This document shows positions 13,173 to 26,960 of a stretch of DNA of 64,000 bases, in pieces; the first letter of the stretch is position 1, and each line of letters opens with the position of its first letter. Source of the DNA: Camelus dromedarius (taxonomy: Eukaryota); the NCBI RefSeq assembly GCF_036321535.1, contig NC_087436.1, positions 62,560,001 to 62,624,000 of the forward strand. Reading direction: 5' to 3'. Under the pieces are notes generated by a model. The model was not told where the DNA came from. It did not search any database and saw only the letters and a list, made by a program, of their open reading frames with translations. The translations under genes and the position numbers were made by a program.

Positions 13173-15634
13173 TTACAGGATCTGGAGATTTAATTTTTGT
13201 CAATACTGAAATATATGTTGGAGTTTTAAAATGCAAATAAATTAGATTTATCGTATTTCTCTATAGTCACTTTTTTCCTTAGCATTACACCTTTGTAAGT
13301 ATACAGTGACCTTCACTACTAACGTACATCTGTCACTCATCCTCATAACATCATAGACATTGCCGACACCCAGAACTACACTGTTTCATAGGAATAAATT
13401 CAGCCATTCCACTGTCTGACTTCAACTTAAGTTCTTTCCAGTCATTTCCGCCTTTATTCCACTGAAACTTCTCCTCAAACTCATAGGACAATCGGCCTCT
13501 TGATTCCTTTCATACATTTGGTTTCCTCTTTTATTTTCCTTTTTTGCATTTTGGCTGCCAAATTTATTGCCCTTCTGTTACACATGTGTGCATAAACCAT
13601 AAACAGCTTTCACTGGACTTTCTCAGTGCTGCTATAAGAAAAAGAAATGGGCCAACAAAAGTAATAAAAACTGCCAAAAAGAACATTTTACTTAAATGCT
13701 GTTTAAAAATGTTTTAATGTTAGAAAACTCATACAACTTCATTTATTCCTTTTTTGTTGTTATTTAAGTAAGACATTGTATTTTAACTTCTTTTTTCTTT
13801 ATTCCAGTTTTATTTTAGAATGTTTATTGGCTGAATGAGTAATGAATATATGCATGAATGCATTTGGGGCAAGGCATAGTCATTTGGACCACTTGAAAGA
13901 TGATCAAGTTCCATAGAAACCAGGTAATTTTCATTTTATGTCATTTTCAAGAAAATGTGCTAGATTATCTGAGCTTTAATATTTAAAATGAAGACAACTT
14001 GGATGAAGATATAGATATATCTTTTATTTTGGGATATATTTCACAGTGTTCTCATAAAGTAGTCTAGGATTGACTCTGTAATTTTTATGCAGGTAAAATT
14101 AAATCCTTTTAAACAGTTTCTTTATTAAAGGAAAGGGTCTAAGTTCAGTAATTCTGTGAATTTGAGCCTATATGCTATTTCTATCTTATAATTATTTGCA
14201 CTGATTTATGTCATAATGACATGCCTTTGCTTCATATTTAAAAAATTCAAGCATTAACAGGGAAAATAATTTCTCCCAATCATTACAGTCCTCTAGTACA
14301 GTGTATTGTGGGAAAACGGGCTGTGGAAGCAACACAACTGACAGTAAGCAAGTTAGATAACTGTTTGACAGTCTGTACCTCTGAAACATACCTGCCTTGT
14401 TGAGATGCATACTTGGTAGCACTGTGTTCTGATTATTTTTTGGTATTGCTGAGATGAATGATGTTTATATTAGATTCCAAATACCTTTTGTTCCATCTTT
14501 CCATTCCTGAAAACACTTCCTCTCTGTGTCTAAACTCCTTTATTTCCATAAGTATTTCTCACTTCTCCTTAGTTATTAATTACTAATTGCTAAATACTGA
14601 CTGCAAACTTTATTTCTTCATGTTTGAGATTTTCATAATTAGTAGATTTTTTCATATTAATTGTGGAAACTATGAAAACATGTCTTAGTAACAGATTTTT
14701 TGAACAATTCATGTTCAGTACTCTTTTTTTTTTTTTTTTTGATAATTCTATTTGACATCCACTGTTTAAGACAAACTAGACAAGTAACAGTTTTCCATCA
14801 GTCAGATACCAATGGAATGAAATTGAGGGGATAGTGACATGTTGGTGTTGTGTTCAATTTGAATTTGAATTAAACTGAAAATTTTTCTATACTACTTATT
14901 GTGGATGATTCATGAGTCTCCTTTGTGTACTGGTGAAAAACAAAAAAACAAACAAAAAATAATGTGTTGTCTTTTACTCTCATCACCCATAAGACTAATC
15001 CTTAATTTTTAATTTCTACAAGTTAAAATCAGTTTAAAAATTAATATTAGCACTTCATATTGATGCTAATGTAAATAAAGCATGTTTCTTCACTCCAACC
15101 CACCGCATCTACCTTCCTACAAGACTGATCTCTATATAATTGGTTACTCTTCCTGCTGTATTGTCTTCTCAGTCAATGTCTGGAAATTGTCATGTAGAGT
15201 ATAGTTTTACTTTTCTTGTTGGAATTCAGTATTCCTCCTTTCCTTTCTCCAGAAATCAATTGAATGTTACGACTTTTCCTTTGGGACTGGTAATTTCTGG
15301 CAAATGTGTGTGAGAGGAATAAAAAGAAAAGCAGGAAGGGTTTTGATGAAGCAAAATTTTGAAAGAATAACAAGGCAAATCACATAGTGAAAGCCAAACA
15401 GCAACTATATATAATTTAGTGCTGCTAATTTATGTAAGTTTTCCTACCATGATCACTAAAACGTAGACTCAAGACATCTCATATTTTTAATCCTCATTGC
15501 TTTCCTTGTCCTGACTAATCGTACAGTCTCGAGTCTGAGTGTATTGTGATTATACTTCCTGAACAAATAAAACTCATGTAAGGTCTTCATTCATTTTACC
15601 TTCTCTACCTGCAGTGCTCTTTCATCTTTTTATT

Positions 15635-16150
15635 AATTTGGAAGTGTTTTGGCTTTAAGCAATAAAATGCAAATTAGAACCAGCAAAGAAAAGGGTAAAT
15701 TCCAAAAATTCAAATCATTGAAAGTTCAGGAATTAAAATAGATTTTAGCGATGAACAGAATCTTGGAAAAACTGATTTTCTATCTCTCTGGCTGAATATC
15801 TGTTTCTCCCTGCATGTCCCTTTAATCTTTTTCAGAATGACATCCTCCCTGCATTTATAAATAAACCTCTCAGCTTTTGATGAATTCCTGTCAGCCTTGT
15901 AATTGAAGGAAACTCAATATTGTTATCTTTAACCCCAAATTTAGGGTTTCTATGGAAAGAGGTTCAAATTTGGTTAAGTGTCCAGCCTGGAACTAACCCA
16001 TTGTGACCTAAGAATATGGGATACGTGTCAATCTGTAGGCCATCCAATGAGACTTAAGTTTGAAAAAATGCAAAAAGCACTGAAGTTTCCATAAGCATCA
16101 AGTTGTTGGAGGGAAAGCATGCCCTTTAACTGGAAAGGAGGGAAGAGTGT
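15635..16150 (-). mobile_element. Highly decayed MLT1-like LTR
   Basis: gtgtccagcctggaactaacccattgtgacc and the start ttttggctttaagcaataaaatgc resemble reverse-complement MLT1J-L motifs. Confidence 0.4.
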
Positions 16151-16779
16151 TGAGCATTAAATTCTTTAAGGTCTAGCATGAAAACATTTTGTTCATCAGA
16201 CTTTTCAAAGCTGCACTAATTGCTACTTGCTTCATATTCCCAGTAGAACTTCATTCATACTCATGTTATGCTAGTATCGAAATCATCATATAACATTAGA
16301 CAATCTTACATACCTATCTCCTCATAATGAGAGCTACTTGAGTTTGCCCCATGTCTTATTCATCCAATGATTTAGTAGTTCAGACACATTGTATCTGCTC
16401 ACTATATATTTTTGAATAAATAAACTGTCCTGCACATTGTTCGATACAAGTACAATTTATGCATCCTTTCTTGTTTCTTCCCTTCTTCTTTCCTTCTATC
16501 ATATTAAGCGTGTTAAGCCAACTTTTCCCATAACTAATGCCTACACATACTCTCTATTAATCTGCATTATTTTCTTCAGAATGCTGCTCACTTTCCTAAA
16601 TTGTCTTATTTTTATTCACATTTTTATTTAATATGAGTTTCTCCCCTTAAAGGAATGAAAGCTTTATGATATCAGGGTTCTTGCCTTATTCATCTCTGTA
16701 TTCTTAATACCGAGAACAGTATCAGATATGTAGCAATTTCTTTCTATACAAATTAATAATACATGGAAAATTCAATATA

Positions 16780-17600
16780 AATCCTCACCTGCAGAGATTA
16801 TTGTTTTATACTGGGTGAAAAAGGTAGCAATTAGTTACACAAAGTTACTATGAGAACTAAAATGTGCATAAAAATATTTCTTGGTGGTGCACTTGAAAAA
16901 CTTTATTATAGTTGACTTTTGAATGAGTCTGAAAAGATGTAATGAAGTTGTCTAGGTGGAGCTAAGAGTGAAAGAGAATACCAAACAGAAACATCAACAT
17001 GAATATGTGGTCCAAGTGACTCAGGCAGGCACAAGTCTTTACAGTGTTTGACAGGGAAATAGGGTGCTAGCAAGTGACCACTAAATGAGATGGGATATAA
17101 TTTGAGGCAAGGCCTTGGAGAATTTTGAATTATAACCAAGGAAATAGTATTTATTCTTCAAATGCTGAAGAAGCATTTGTAAATTTTGATCAGATGATAA
17201 TGAAGTCATTGCATGAAAGGTAATGTAGTGTGAACTAGGAGATAGGGAATAATATGAGGGAATGTGTGAAAATATTGTTGAGGCAAGATAAAAAATAATT
17301 AGTAACACATAGTGTCACACAAGGAAGACACTGAGGTTCTGAGTTTAGGTGACTGGGCAGATACTGAAATAGGAAAATATGAAACTAAGGAAGTTTGAGA
17401 TGAAAAAAATTTCATACTTTGTAGAGTCATTGGGTATCTGGAGCTATCTAGAAGCATAAACTGAAAATTTGGGACTGGGAAACAGATAAATCCAGGCTAG
17501 AAACAGATTTGGCAGTCCTGCACGTAGAGGTAAAAATTAAAGTCAGATCTGTTGACATGGTTCAGATTAAACTCATAGAGATGAGAGAGAAAATGAAGAA
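16780..17600 (-). mobile_element. L2 LINE fragment (a + strand L2 3' tail lies at about 16620-16750)
   Basis: Purine-rich L2 motifs such as ctcacctgcagagattattg, gagtttaggtgactggg and ggctagaaacagatttggcagtc. Confidence 0.55.
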
Positions 17601-17610
17601 GAGACCGATG

Positions 17611-19577
17611 ATATATATATACACACACATATATACATATACACATACATACATACACACACACACACACATATATATATTATCACATCTTCTTTATACA
17701 TTTGTCTATAGATGGACATTTAGTTTGCTTCCATGTCATAGCTATTGTAAATAATTCTGCACTTAACTTTAGATAAGCATATATTTTTTTGAATTAGTGC
17801 TTTTATTTCTTTCAAGTAAATACCTAGAAGTGAAATTGCTAGGTCATATTTTTATTTTTAAATCTATTTTAAAATTTTTCTAGTTTTACCTTTTTGAGGG
17901 ACCTCCATACTACTCCACGGTGGCTGTACCAATTTACATTCCCACCAGCAGTGCACAGAGGTTCCTTTTTCATTACATCTTATCCAACACTTGTTATTTA
18001 TTGTCTCTTTGATGGTAGCCATTCTGACAGGTGTGAGGTGGTATCTCGTTGGTTTTGATTTTCATTTCCCTGATGATTAGTGACATTTAGCGTTTTTTCA
18101 TGTGTCTGTTGGCCACATGTATGTATTTTTTGGGAAAATGTCTATTCAGGTCCTCTGCCCATTTTTAATCAGATTATTCATTTTTTATGATGTTGAATTG
18201 TATGAGTGCTTTGTATATTTTAGATATAAACCTCTTATTGGATATATCATTTGCAAATATCTTCTCCTATTCAGTAGGTTGCCTTTTTACTTTGTTGATA
18301 GTTTTCTTTGCTGTGCAAAAGCTTTTTAGTTTGATATAGTCCTGTTTGTTTATTTTTGTTTCTGTTTTCCTTGCCTGAGGAAACAGACAAATATTGCTAA
18401 GACCAATGCAAAGAACATGTTTTCTTCTAGAAGTTTTATGGCTTCAGGTCTTACATTTAAGTCTTTAATCCATTTTGAGTTTATTTTTGAATATGGTGTG
18501 AGAAAGTAGTCAGGTTTTATTCTTTTATTGGCAGCTATCTAGGTTTTCTGACAACATTTATTGAAAAGACTGTCTTGTCTCCATTATATATTTTTGCCTC
18601 CATTTGCATAATTAATTGACCATATAAGTGTGGGTTTATTTCTGGGCTCTCTGTTCTGTTACATCGATCTAAGGGTCTGTTTTTGTGCCACTCTCCTCTG
18701 GTCACCAGAGCTGTATGTTCTATAGGTCCCTCCTGTGTGGGCTGCGTGCACCCTTCTGATGTGGCAAGGCTGACTACTGTGGGCATGCTGGTAGGCATGG
18801 CTGACCCCAGCCTGGTTGGTTTCCGGCCCTGCCTCGTGCAGTGACTGCTGGCCTGCTTGTGGGTTGAAATGGCTGTGTGGCTCTGGAGTACTGGGGCTTA
18901 TTCCTCCCACTGGTGAGCACATAAGCTTCTGATTCTGATAGGCTAAAGGAAGGATTCCAAAATTGTGTTTGCCAGCATCAGTGTCCTCATGGTAGAATGA
19001 GCTCCTCCAAGTGGCTGCTGCTAGTGTCTGTATTCCCAGGGGGAGTCCCAGTTGCCTCCTGTCTCTCCAGGATTCTCTCCAAGATCAGCAGGTCCATCTG
19101 ATCCGGGTTCCTTTCAAATTACTGCCACCGTGCTGGAATTTGGAGCATATAGATTGTGTGCCATATCCTGTAAGAGCAGCATCTCTTTTTCCTACAACTC
19201 TTCAGCTATCCCATATGTAAGCCCTGCTGTCCTTCAAAGCCAGATGTTCTGGGGGCTCCTCTTTCTAGCACAGGACCCCAAGACTGAAGAGTCTGATGTG
19301 GGGTTCAGAACCCTCACTCCTTGCAGAGGACCTCTGCAACTGTGATTAACTTGTCTTTTTCGGATTGCTGACCTGCAGGTATGGGTCCTGACTACACAAC
19401 ATTTCTACCCCCCCACCCCTATCTCATTGTGGTTTCTTTCTTTAGTTGTAGAAAGTCTTTTCTGCTGTTTTTAAGAGTGTTCTCATTGATAGCTGCTCTG
19501 TTAATAAATGTAATTTTGTTGTGCCCATGGGTGGAGATGAGCTTAGGGCCATCCTACACTGCCATCTTGGCCACACC
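17611..19577 (-). mobile_element. LINE-1 with 5' UTR (18690-19577) joined directly to the ORF2 C-terminal region (17680-18690); ends in a (TA/CA)n tract
   Basis: Minus strand begins ggtgtggccaagatggcag, the L1 5' motif. The ORF at 18535-18798 runs from UTR-derived sequence into ORF2 ([27 protein letters not shown]). Typical ORF2 3' sequence continues to 17680. Confidence 0.85.
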
Positions 19578-19595
19578 ATGAATAAGGTAATATAA

Positions 19596-19770
19596 AAAAG
19601 AATATATATATATATATACACACACACATATATATACACACACACACACACATACACATACATATAACATATACATATGTATGGCTGAAACATTATGCTG
19701 TACAACAGAAATTGATACAACACTGTGAACTGGCTATACTTCAATAAAAAAATAAAATAAATAAATAAAA
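19596..19770 (+). mobile_element. Short 5'-truncated lineage-specific L1 3' tail with an internal (TA/CA)n microsatellite
   Basis: gtatggctgaaacattatgctgtacaacagaaattg...cttcaataaaaa matches the 3' end of the L1 at 29750-29825. Perfect 15-bp TSD aataaggtaatataa at 19581-19595 and 19771-19785. Confidence 0.9.
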
Positions 19771-20639
19771 AATAAGGTAATATAATCAAAATGATTATGT
19801 TATTGAATAACTCAATATAACATAGTGATAGAAAAGAGATGTGATTTTATATTCTTTCTTCCAATGCAACTTGTCTTTCTTAAAAGTCGGCAAAAATTTC
19901 TCTATTGTCATAAATTCTTTATTCAGCCCATGAAAACTTGATGGCTCCCTTCTAGGTGCTCTGTACTAGGCTTGGCAATTATCTCCCCCCAGTCACCTTC
20001 CATGATTAAGATAACGATGAACTGATTGCCAGGCTTCCAAAGAAGATGGTGGAATTGGATCTCAGAGTGCAATGTAATCCACGCTGAGTTTTTCTTAATT
20101 TGCTATGGAAAAATCATTTATTTGTCCACTCAGCAAACAAATAATGATTACTTATTGTGTGCTTTAGTCACTGATTGTAGCTTATTTGCTTACTAGGTTT
20201 GACTCTTACCAGTTAGATGAAATCCATACAGTTTATTCTTAAAGAAAACTAGCCAACTGTAATTTGTGGGAAATTCATAAAAATTGTTTAGAGGGCACTA
20301 ATGCTGAGTAATTTAACATAAGATTGTGACACTAATATGAAAAAATTGCAAAGAAGTTGTACAGGAAGAAATTTCTATTTTCTACTTAATCAAAATATTT
20401 CTATCAAAAATGGCAACACTTACAAAAATAGAAATTGAAATGTTTATGGCAGGGCATAAAGATAATACTCAACTTGATTCATATGCAATCATTTTCATAT
20501 TTGAAAACATTTTATGCCTGTCCTTTCCCACTTCTCTCCATTCTGTCTTCTGACAATCACAAGCTTTTGATTTCTGGTTTTAAATTTTTATTTAAGATAT
20601 TTACTTTATTTCAATGAGGTGCTTTTAGAATAATGCAGT

Positions 20640-22690
20640 TCATCATTTTATTATATGTAGCACTTTAAGTTGTATTGTGTTAAAGCAATGCAAGCAATTG
20701 GCTAAAAAATTTAAATTAAAAAATATGTAAGGTACTATAAAGTCTATAGTGAAAAGATTAGTACTTTGCATCATCCTTCCCTAACCCCTACTCCCAGAAA
20801 CCAGGGCTAACCATTTAAATATGTTTAACTATTATTATTATTCATGGTATTTACTTTCATATTTACCAACAGCATGATATATTAGTAATTTGATGTAAAG
20901 GTATTTTACATTAGATATCAACTTCTTGTTAAAGAAAGTGCATTTTTATTGTACCGCTACTCCCTCAACTTTAACTCCCTGGACACTACCATGTATAGTT
21001 CTATTAGTATTTTTGTTTAAATAAACAGCTATGTATTTTATTATATTGACTATATATTTAATTTTTAAAATTTCTGAATCAAAATTAAAGAATATTAAGT
21101 TTCTTTCATATAAAACTTACTGCTTTTTTTTATGGCATTAGTGATTAACTTGTGTCTTGACTTGTTTTGTTTTACTTTAATCTCATTGCTTCCACATGCT
21201 CCAGCATATATGATAAGTACTTACCAATATTAGTTTGAAGATGTCTGTGCATGCTAGATAATCCAGCAGAGGTTTCCTGTTTTGTTTGTTTTTTTTCCTC
21301 CTGGAAGTTCCCTTATCCCTGTGCAGTAACCCTGGCTGTTCTCGTAGTTGATGGCACAGCTATCAGGCTGATACTTTCCTTACCTTATTCTGGATCATCC
21401 TTTACTCTTCTAGGCATTGGATTTCCTACTTTCTGGGCTTTACATTTTATAGTAGGTCCATAATAGACGCAGAATGGAAAGTATATATGTATTGGGAATT
21501 TTATATTAAGTAAAATGTCTCCTTTTCTACCCTCATGTTTGACTGCTAATTTGTTTGATATATAATTTTAAGCTGAAAATTATATTCCTTCAAAGATTTT
21601 AGCCATGTTGCTAATGAGAAATTTGATGTAATTTGAATTTTTCTTTCTTTATTTGCAATATAACCTTTCTCTCTGGTGACTTCTTTATTCCTTATATTGT
21701 ATATTTCATGATCAGGTGCCTTAGGTAGAGTATGTCTTGTGTACCATTTCATGCATTGTGTTGGGCAGTTAGGTACACAGCAGAATATACCTTTCTATAT
21801 GGCAACTTCTTTGGTTGGCAATTTAAAAATACTGTCTTTGATAACAGTTTATGTGTTTGTTCTTTGTTATTACTTTGTTCAACATCTCTGTGACAAATGA
21901 GAACTTCTAATTTTATTCTTTAAATTTCTCAGCTCTTTTTTCCATTTTGTTTCTTTTTTTTATTTGTTTATATTCTCTTAGATTCTTTATGCGTTATCTT
22001 CTGATCTTACTGTTGAATAGTTTTTATGCTATTAAAGTTCTAATTTCCAAGATCTCATTATTCTTTAGTGATTGCTCATTTTTCATATATTCCTATTATT
22101 ATTTTATAAATGCAATATTTTGTCTCACTTTTCCTTAGATACAAATTGTAGAGTTTTTCTTTATCTATTACCTTTATTTCATCTGGGCCAAAGACCCTCC
22201 CCTATTTTTGATCACTGTGTTTTATGCTGGAGACTTCCTTTTATGACTGGCATTTATTGATGGTCCATTTATCATTAAGAGTGAGATACCAATGATGGAT
22301 TGATAGCTCTGCATGTCTAAGTGGAGAAAATTGATTTTGGGGCTAGATGGTAATATAGCTTTTTATTATGGACTCTAAACATCAATGTTTTGAAGATTTT
22401 ACTCTGAGACTCTTAATTTCCTTCAACAAAGAGTTCTTCAGTCCTGCCTTGGAGAAGTAGACCTGGCTGCACACATTTTTGAGACAGTGCAAAGGAATGG
22501 GGTTAAAGATAGTCTCATTCTTCAGACAGGAGCCTCTACATTGTCCTCTGGTATTCAGTGTGACTCTTCTCTTCCTGTCTCTTCTGAGCAGTATTAGTTA
22601 TTTGGAGTCCTTCATAATCCTACTTGATCATGGAGTAGAGAGCTGAGGGCTGTCATCTGACTGAGAAAAGGAAATAGAATTTGGGGACTC
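20640..22690 (-). mobile_element. HAL1-like or ancient L1 ORF1-containing element
   Basis: ORF 21546-21752 ends LKSLKEYNFQLKIIYQTN, resembling the L1 ORF1 C-terminal motif LKENNFQPRILYPAK. No ORF2 lies between it and the 3'-end-like sequence near 20700-20900. Confidence 0.5.
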
Positions 22691-22699
22691 CCACTGATC

Positions 22700-23055
22700 T
22701 GTATATAAGGCTTATTCTCATCTCAGTACTGTTACAAGTTCTGGTTCCATTATATGGGAAACTCCTCCTTCAAATATTCACACAGTGTACTCCCTTCCAT
22801 ATTTCATCTCTATTTTCAAATGTCACCCTGTCGATGAGAACTTCATTACCACATTCAGAATTGACTCTGCCCTCCTGCTCTCTACATATGTGTATTCTTC
22901 AACTTATTTTCCTAATAAATACTTACAATTTCTTGATAATTTTCTTTGTCCTTTCCTTTAGGATATAATTTCCATGGGTGTGAGGATTAACTGCTAAAGC
23001 TCCAGGTGAACAAGGTCTCAAACATAGAAGCTAGTACACAAATAACTGTTGAATA
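22700..23055 (+). mobile_element. L2 3' fragment
   Basis: caaatgtcaccctgtcgatgag and the tail aaataactgttgaataaa. Confidence 0.5.
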
Positions 23056-23074
23056 AAAATGCTTGCTTTTATTT

Positions 23075-25811
23075 TAATAATCTTTGGAGTTTTCTATACG
23101 GACAATCACATTGTCTATGATTAAAGACAGTTTTATTTCTTCCTTTCTAAACTGTATGCCTTTTATTTATTCATTTTCTTGCCTTATTGCACTGCCTAGA
23201 ACTTCCAGTATGATGCTGATTAACAGTGGCTAGAGTAGATACTCTTATTCCTGCAATTAGAGAGAAATCATTCAATCTTTAACATTAAGATGTCATGTTG
23301 GCTGTAGATGTTTTTTCAGCTCTGTATCAACCCAAAGAAACTCCTGTTCATTCCTAGTTCACTTAGACTTTGGGTCATGAATGGATAAATATTGCCAAAA
23401 TATATGGTTTTACTAGTGAAATGATTCTAAGATTTTTTTCTCTATCTGTTGATACTTTTGATTGCTCTTTTTGTTGTTGATCCAGTCTTTATTCCTTACA
23501 TATACACCACTTTCCAATGCTGTATTATCTTTTTTATATTGCTGAATTGTATTTGCTTATATTTTCTTGAGAATTTTGTTCATTATAAAAAGTCTTTGGT
23601 TTGAGAATCAAGGTAATGCTGGTCTTATAAAATCAGTTAGAGATTATTTCCTTCACTAATATTTCCTGGAAGAATGTATGTTGAATTGATATTAGTCTGT
23701 TAAATGTGTGATTGAATTCACCAGTGAAGCCATCTTGGATTGCATTTTTCTTTTGGAATATTTTTAATTATAAATTCAATTTATTTAATAAACATGAGAC
23801 TGTTCTGGTTATGTATTTCTTACTGGGCAAACTTGGTTTGAGTTTTTCAAAGGATTTTTCCATTTATTTTATTGAACTTATCAATAAAAGTTTTTAATAT
23901 AGAAGTATTATTTTAATGTCTATCAGGTCTCTTGTAATGTCCTCTTTTCTATTTCTTATATCAGTAATATATATCTTCTCTTTCCTTGATAAGTCTTCCT
24001 AGAAGTTTATCTACTTTATTCATCTGTTGTTTTCTGTTTATAATGCCATTGATTTTTGTTCTTAAGAATTTTTTTTCTATTTGCTTCCGTTTTAATTTGC
24101 TCTTTTCTCTAGTTTTTTTTTTCTTTTTCTTTTTAATGTGGAAATTTAGTTCATTGATTTGAGACTTTTAGTCTTTTTAAATATATGTGTTAATACTGTA
24201 AATTTCTAATCACTGTCTGGCAGCATTCCACGGATTTCAATATGTCTGTTTTTGTTTTCATTTAATTCAGAATATTTTGTAATTTCTCTTCTGGCTTCCT
24301 CTTTGAACTGTGAGTTATTGGGTATTGTGTTTTTATTTCCAGATATTTATGAGACATCTCTACATAGTTCATTTGCAGTTTCAAATCATTTTGGTCAGAA
24401 AATTTTGTAATGTCTCTGTCTCTCTTTATTCCAGGAAATACTCTTTATCCTTTGTCTGCTTCATCTGATATGACCACTGCAGATTTACTTGGGTTAGTAT
24501 TTGAATGCTATATACCTTTCCATGTTTTTATATATATACACATATCTTTGTATTAAAAGTGAAGTTACTTTAGATAGGACATAATTGAGTCTTGCTTTTC
24601 TATTCAATCTGGCAGTCCCATTTAATTGGTCTGTTTATATCATTTGCATTTAATTAAATTGTTGATATGTTTGAATAAAATTTACAATCTTGTTAGTTGT
24701 TTTCTCTTTTTGATTTATTCCTTTTTTTCTTTTTCTTTTTGCTGCCTTCATTTGAATTTAACATTTTCATTATGTCTTTTTTTTTCTCCACTACTGGCCT
24801 CTTATTTCTACCTCTTTTTTTTTTTTGTTGTTGTTGTTGTTGTTTAGTTGATAATCTATGATTAAAATATATGTCTTTATTTAACCACAATATAACTTCA
24901 AATGCTATTATATTGCTTCATGTGTAGTGTCAGAATCTTACTATTTTATATTCTCAAATCCTTTCTCTACTCCTTAGTGCTCTTGTTCTAACTGTTACTT
25001 TTATATAAGCTATAAATATATGATATATTGCCATTAGTTTTGTTTTAGACTAGGGTTATCTTTATTGTGCTGATTCAGACCTAGAACTAAACAGATGTTG
25101 GGTCTCTTAAGGTTTACGTATGTGACTTTCTGTGATTCTGTCTCTCCCTTAGTGATGTAAGTAAGACCTCTCATGGTCTGGGCTCAGGGGAGCTCCTACA
25201 CCTGTCTAGTGGTATCAAGGACATTTTATTTTCTGTTCTCTTTCCCTAGCTTCTGTAGGTGTTCACCGTACAGTGTGAGTGACGGGGTTTTCTGTCTTAC
25301 CTCCAGTGGCTTAAGGATTCCATTCCACAGGGAAGTTGGGGTAATGGATCCAAATAGGATTTCTGCATTCCCTGCTGCGGTAACTGTCCCCTTTTCTCAG
25401 ATCTGCAGCATTGAGAGAAGCTTTAACCAGTTTCATATTCTACTATAAATCTTTCTTGTGAGCATGCAGTAGGGTTCATACAGAAAAGCCTTCACTTCCC
25501 TCTGAAATTCTCAGTAGTTCTACACTTTCATGCCAGCCCCCAATCTACTTTTAGATAATTATTTTAAAAATTGCTTCTATGGTTCCCTTGTCTTCTTTCG
25601 TGCTCTGCTCCTAGTAAGCCAGTGTGTATGTCTGAGTCTCTCTTTGGTGTGGGTTGTATGCTTTTGGATTTCAGGATTTTAATTGCAATGTTACCTTGGT
25701 TTTTGATGAGGCTAGAAAAAGTTATGATTTTGAGAATTCTTGAGCATTTTCTTGTTAGAGTGAGAGCAATGCTCTTTCCAGATTTCTGCAACCTTAGCAG
25801 AAGCTAGGAAG
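23075..25811 (-). mobile_element. Ancient L1 (L1MC/L1MD-like): 5' end plus fragmented ORF2
   Basis: Reverse-complement ORF2 motifs (gacagttttatttcttcctttctaa, aattcaccagtgaagccatct, caaggtaatgctgg). A 5'-end-like segment lies at 25080-25811. Confidence 0.7.
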
Positions 25812-26209
25812 AACTTTTTTAAAATTTAAAATATTTCAGTATATTACTATAAATTATTTTTGTTCAATAAACCTAATTTGACTGAGAAGGCTACCACCAG
25901 TCAGTGATATACAAAATGCACACTGTGTGTAAATCTCAGTAACTCCTCAAATTACTACCATGGAAGAATCTTTTAAAAAGATTAACTTGGTGGCACTGTG
26001 CAAACATTACATATGTAGTATTTATAAACTAGTCTATAATGTCTTCTCGTAACTCTTTCCATCATGGAATAATTAATTTGTGTTAAGTAACTCCTTCACA
26101 AAAATTATCTATAGAATGCAAATATATAAGCCAGGAGGATCATGACCTAATCTCCAGTAGACTCTAAAACTACATAAATCTATTAATTCAAATATTCAGA
26201 AAAATTTTT

Positions 26210-26960
26210 AATTGTCTTGCAGGTACCAAGCACTAATGAATATGGTAGATTCACAGTGGAGAATAAAGCACACATTTTTTAACTTCATGATCTTTAAATA
26301 CTTAAATAAAAAATACCAAAATATGTTACATAATACAGAGAAAAAACACATTATAGAAATGATTAAAATATGAAGAAAACAGGGAGTAGGTGACACTTTA
26401 CTCATGAGTTTAGGGGCAGTCACTCTGAATAAGAAATATCTACACTGTGTCCTTAAAGATGCTTAAGAAAGAAAGGGGTGGGGGGGGAGAGAGAGAGGAA
26501 GAAAAAGAAAGAAAAGAAAGAAAGAAAGAGGAGAGAAAGGAAGGAAGGAAGAAAGGAAGGAAGAAAGAGAGAAAGAGAAAGAAAGAGGAAAGAAAGAAAG
26601 AAAAGAAAGAAAGAAAGAAAGAGAAAGAAAGGAAGGAAGAGAGGAAGAAAGGAATGAGGGGAGGGGAGCGGAGGAGAGGGGAAGAGAAGGGAGGGGAGGA
26701 GAGGAGAGGGGAGGATAGGAGAGGAAAGGAAAGGGATGCTATTCCAGGTAGAGGGAACAGACTGTTGGTATGACCCTTCAGAGAGACAAGAACATTGTGC
26801 TTTTGAGGATATGGGTAAAGGTCACTGTAGCTGAAAACAAGGGAGCAGTGAAGGTAGGGTCAGATTTTGAAGCTGCAAAGATGGGCAAGCAGGGTCATAT
26901 CCTTGGGATTTTGGAGGCTCTGATGAAAATGTAGCCTTTATTCCCCACGCAGTGTGAAGC
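26210..26960 (-). mobile_element. L2 fragment interrupted by a purine microsatellite
   Basis: attccaggtagagggaacag and gtcactgtagctga are L2 motifs flanking the tract. Confidence 0.5.
26465..26735. repeat. Compound polypurine microsatellite (GAAA)n/(GGAA)n/(GGAGA)n
   Basis: About 270 bp, almost entirely purine on the + strand. Confidence 0.95.

Noticed and set aside
26447..26773. 108-aa K/E/R-rich ORF
   Set aside because: It is the translation of a polypurine microsatellite, which lacks stop codons by composition.
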